Of a stretch of 64,000 nucleotides of DNA, positions 63,410 to 64,000 are shown in pieces. Numbering within the stretch: position 1 is the first letter of the stretch; the number at the start of each line of letters is the position of its first letter. The notes below the pieces were generated by a model. The model was not told where the DNA came from. It did no database searches and saw nothing but the letters and a program-made list of their open reading frames with translations. The stretch is from assembly GCF_000143415.4 (NCBI RefSeq), contig NW_003314319.1, positions 1,020,365-1,084,364 on the forward strand, given 5' to 3'. The stretch is from Selaginella moellendorffii. Lineage: Eukaryota > Plantae > Lycopodiophyta. The position numbers and the translations under genes were made by a program.

Positions 63410-63670
63410 ATCTTTCCAGGTTCAGGGCTGTGCTTGGAGCATCGACGCCACACATTCACCATCCATTCCTGTCACGAACAGGCAATTCCATCCTCAGGCA
63501 GCTCAAGTGGACGAAGTTCTCCATGTGCCTGGTGGGTTTGGGGGAATCAAACAAGCCCGCTTTTTCTCGGAGAGACTGCCGTCCTGCCCGAGCTTGATAC
63601 TCCTCCCGATTTTAGCACCCAAAAATCACCCCGATTCTTGAGACGCATCAAGGATATTTACTAGCCAGAC
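63410..63670 (+). pseudogene. Second aspartic protease fragment (middle region)
   Basis: RQLKWTKFSMCLV then, after a frameshift, TSPLFLGETAV, which parallels TSPLFFGDAAL at 58.7 kb. Confidence 0.5.
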
Positions 63671-64000
63671 TTCCATGGTGCATTGATCTGCCACAGGAGA
63701 ACTAAATCTCTCGTACCTCTTGATTATTGCTAGTGAGAGCAGCAGGAGCTTGATGGTGCAGAACTACCACTTTCTGTTCTATCTGGAAGCGTCCCAGTTG
63801 TCACCGCACCAAATGCCACGAACTTTCAATTGTTATCTAGGGCATAAAATGAGTAACTATCACAAATATTCTTTTGCATAGCTCGAACCAAGGCACCACT
63901 GGACTACTGATCTTTCATAACATTATTAAGAAAGGAAGGCTTTAATGTGAAAAAAGCATGATCTTGTCCATAACCAATAAGAGGTGGGATAGAGGATCAG

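Overview
Eukaryotic, gene-dense plant DNA with very short (about 50-70 nt) introns. A flagellar gene (PACRG), PLS-class PPR genes and the compact spacing point to a non-seed land plant, most likely the lycophyte Selaginella (inference). Intact-looking genes: AFG2/CIP111-type AAA ATPase, PACRG, an SDR, an NLR, an F-box protein, Yippee, two PPRs, LBD, AHL, alpha-tubulin, RALF, GDPDL, BCKDH E1-beta, ZNF593/Bud20 (first intron is AT-AC U12 type) and TSPO. The accessory parts are the most interesting. (i) An AT-rich island at 0.4-5.2 kb carries an intact, intronless secreted bulb-type lectin fused to an unrecognised domain. (ii) A TIR-bounded Mutator-like remnant (15.4-16.6 kb) is followed by a train of decayed gene fragments (LIG4::PACRG chimera, MAP65). 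(iii) A putative defence cluster at 20.5-27.7 kb holds a secreted 6-Cys protein, an NLR with a tandemly duplicated N-terminal domain, and a convergent fungal/oomycete-like Crinkler(CR)-type NTPase plus PD-(D/E)xK nuclease gene. (iv) An intron-split knottin-like peptide gene at 55.5 kb is missed by the ORF track. (v) Duplicated and decayed aspartic-protease-associated segments lie at 58-64 kb. All family calls rest on motif recognition from memory; no searches were run.
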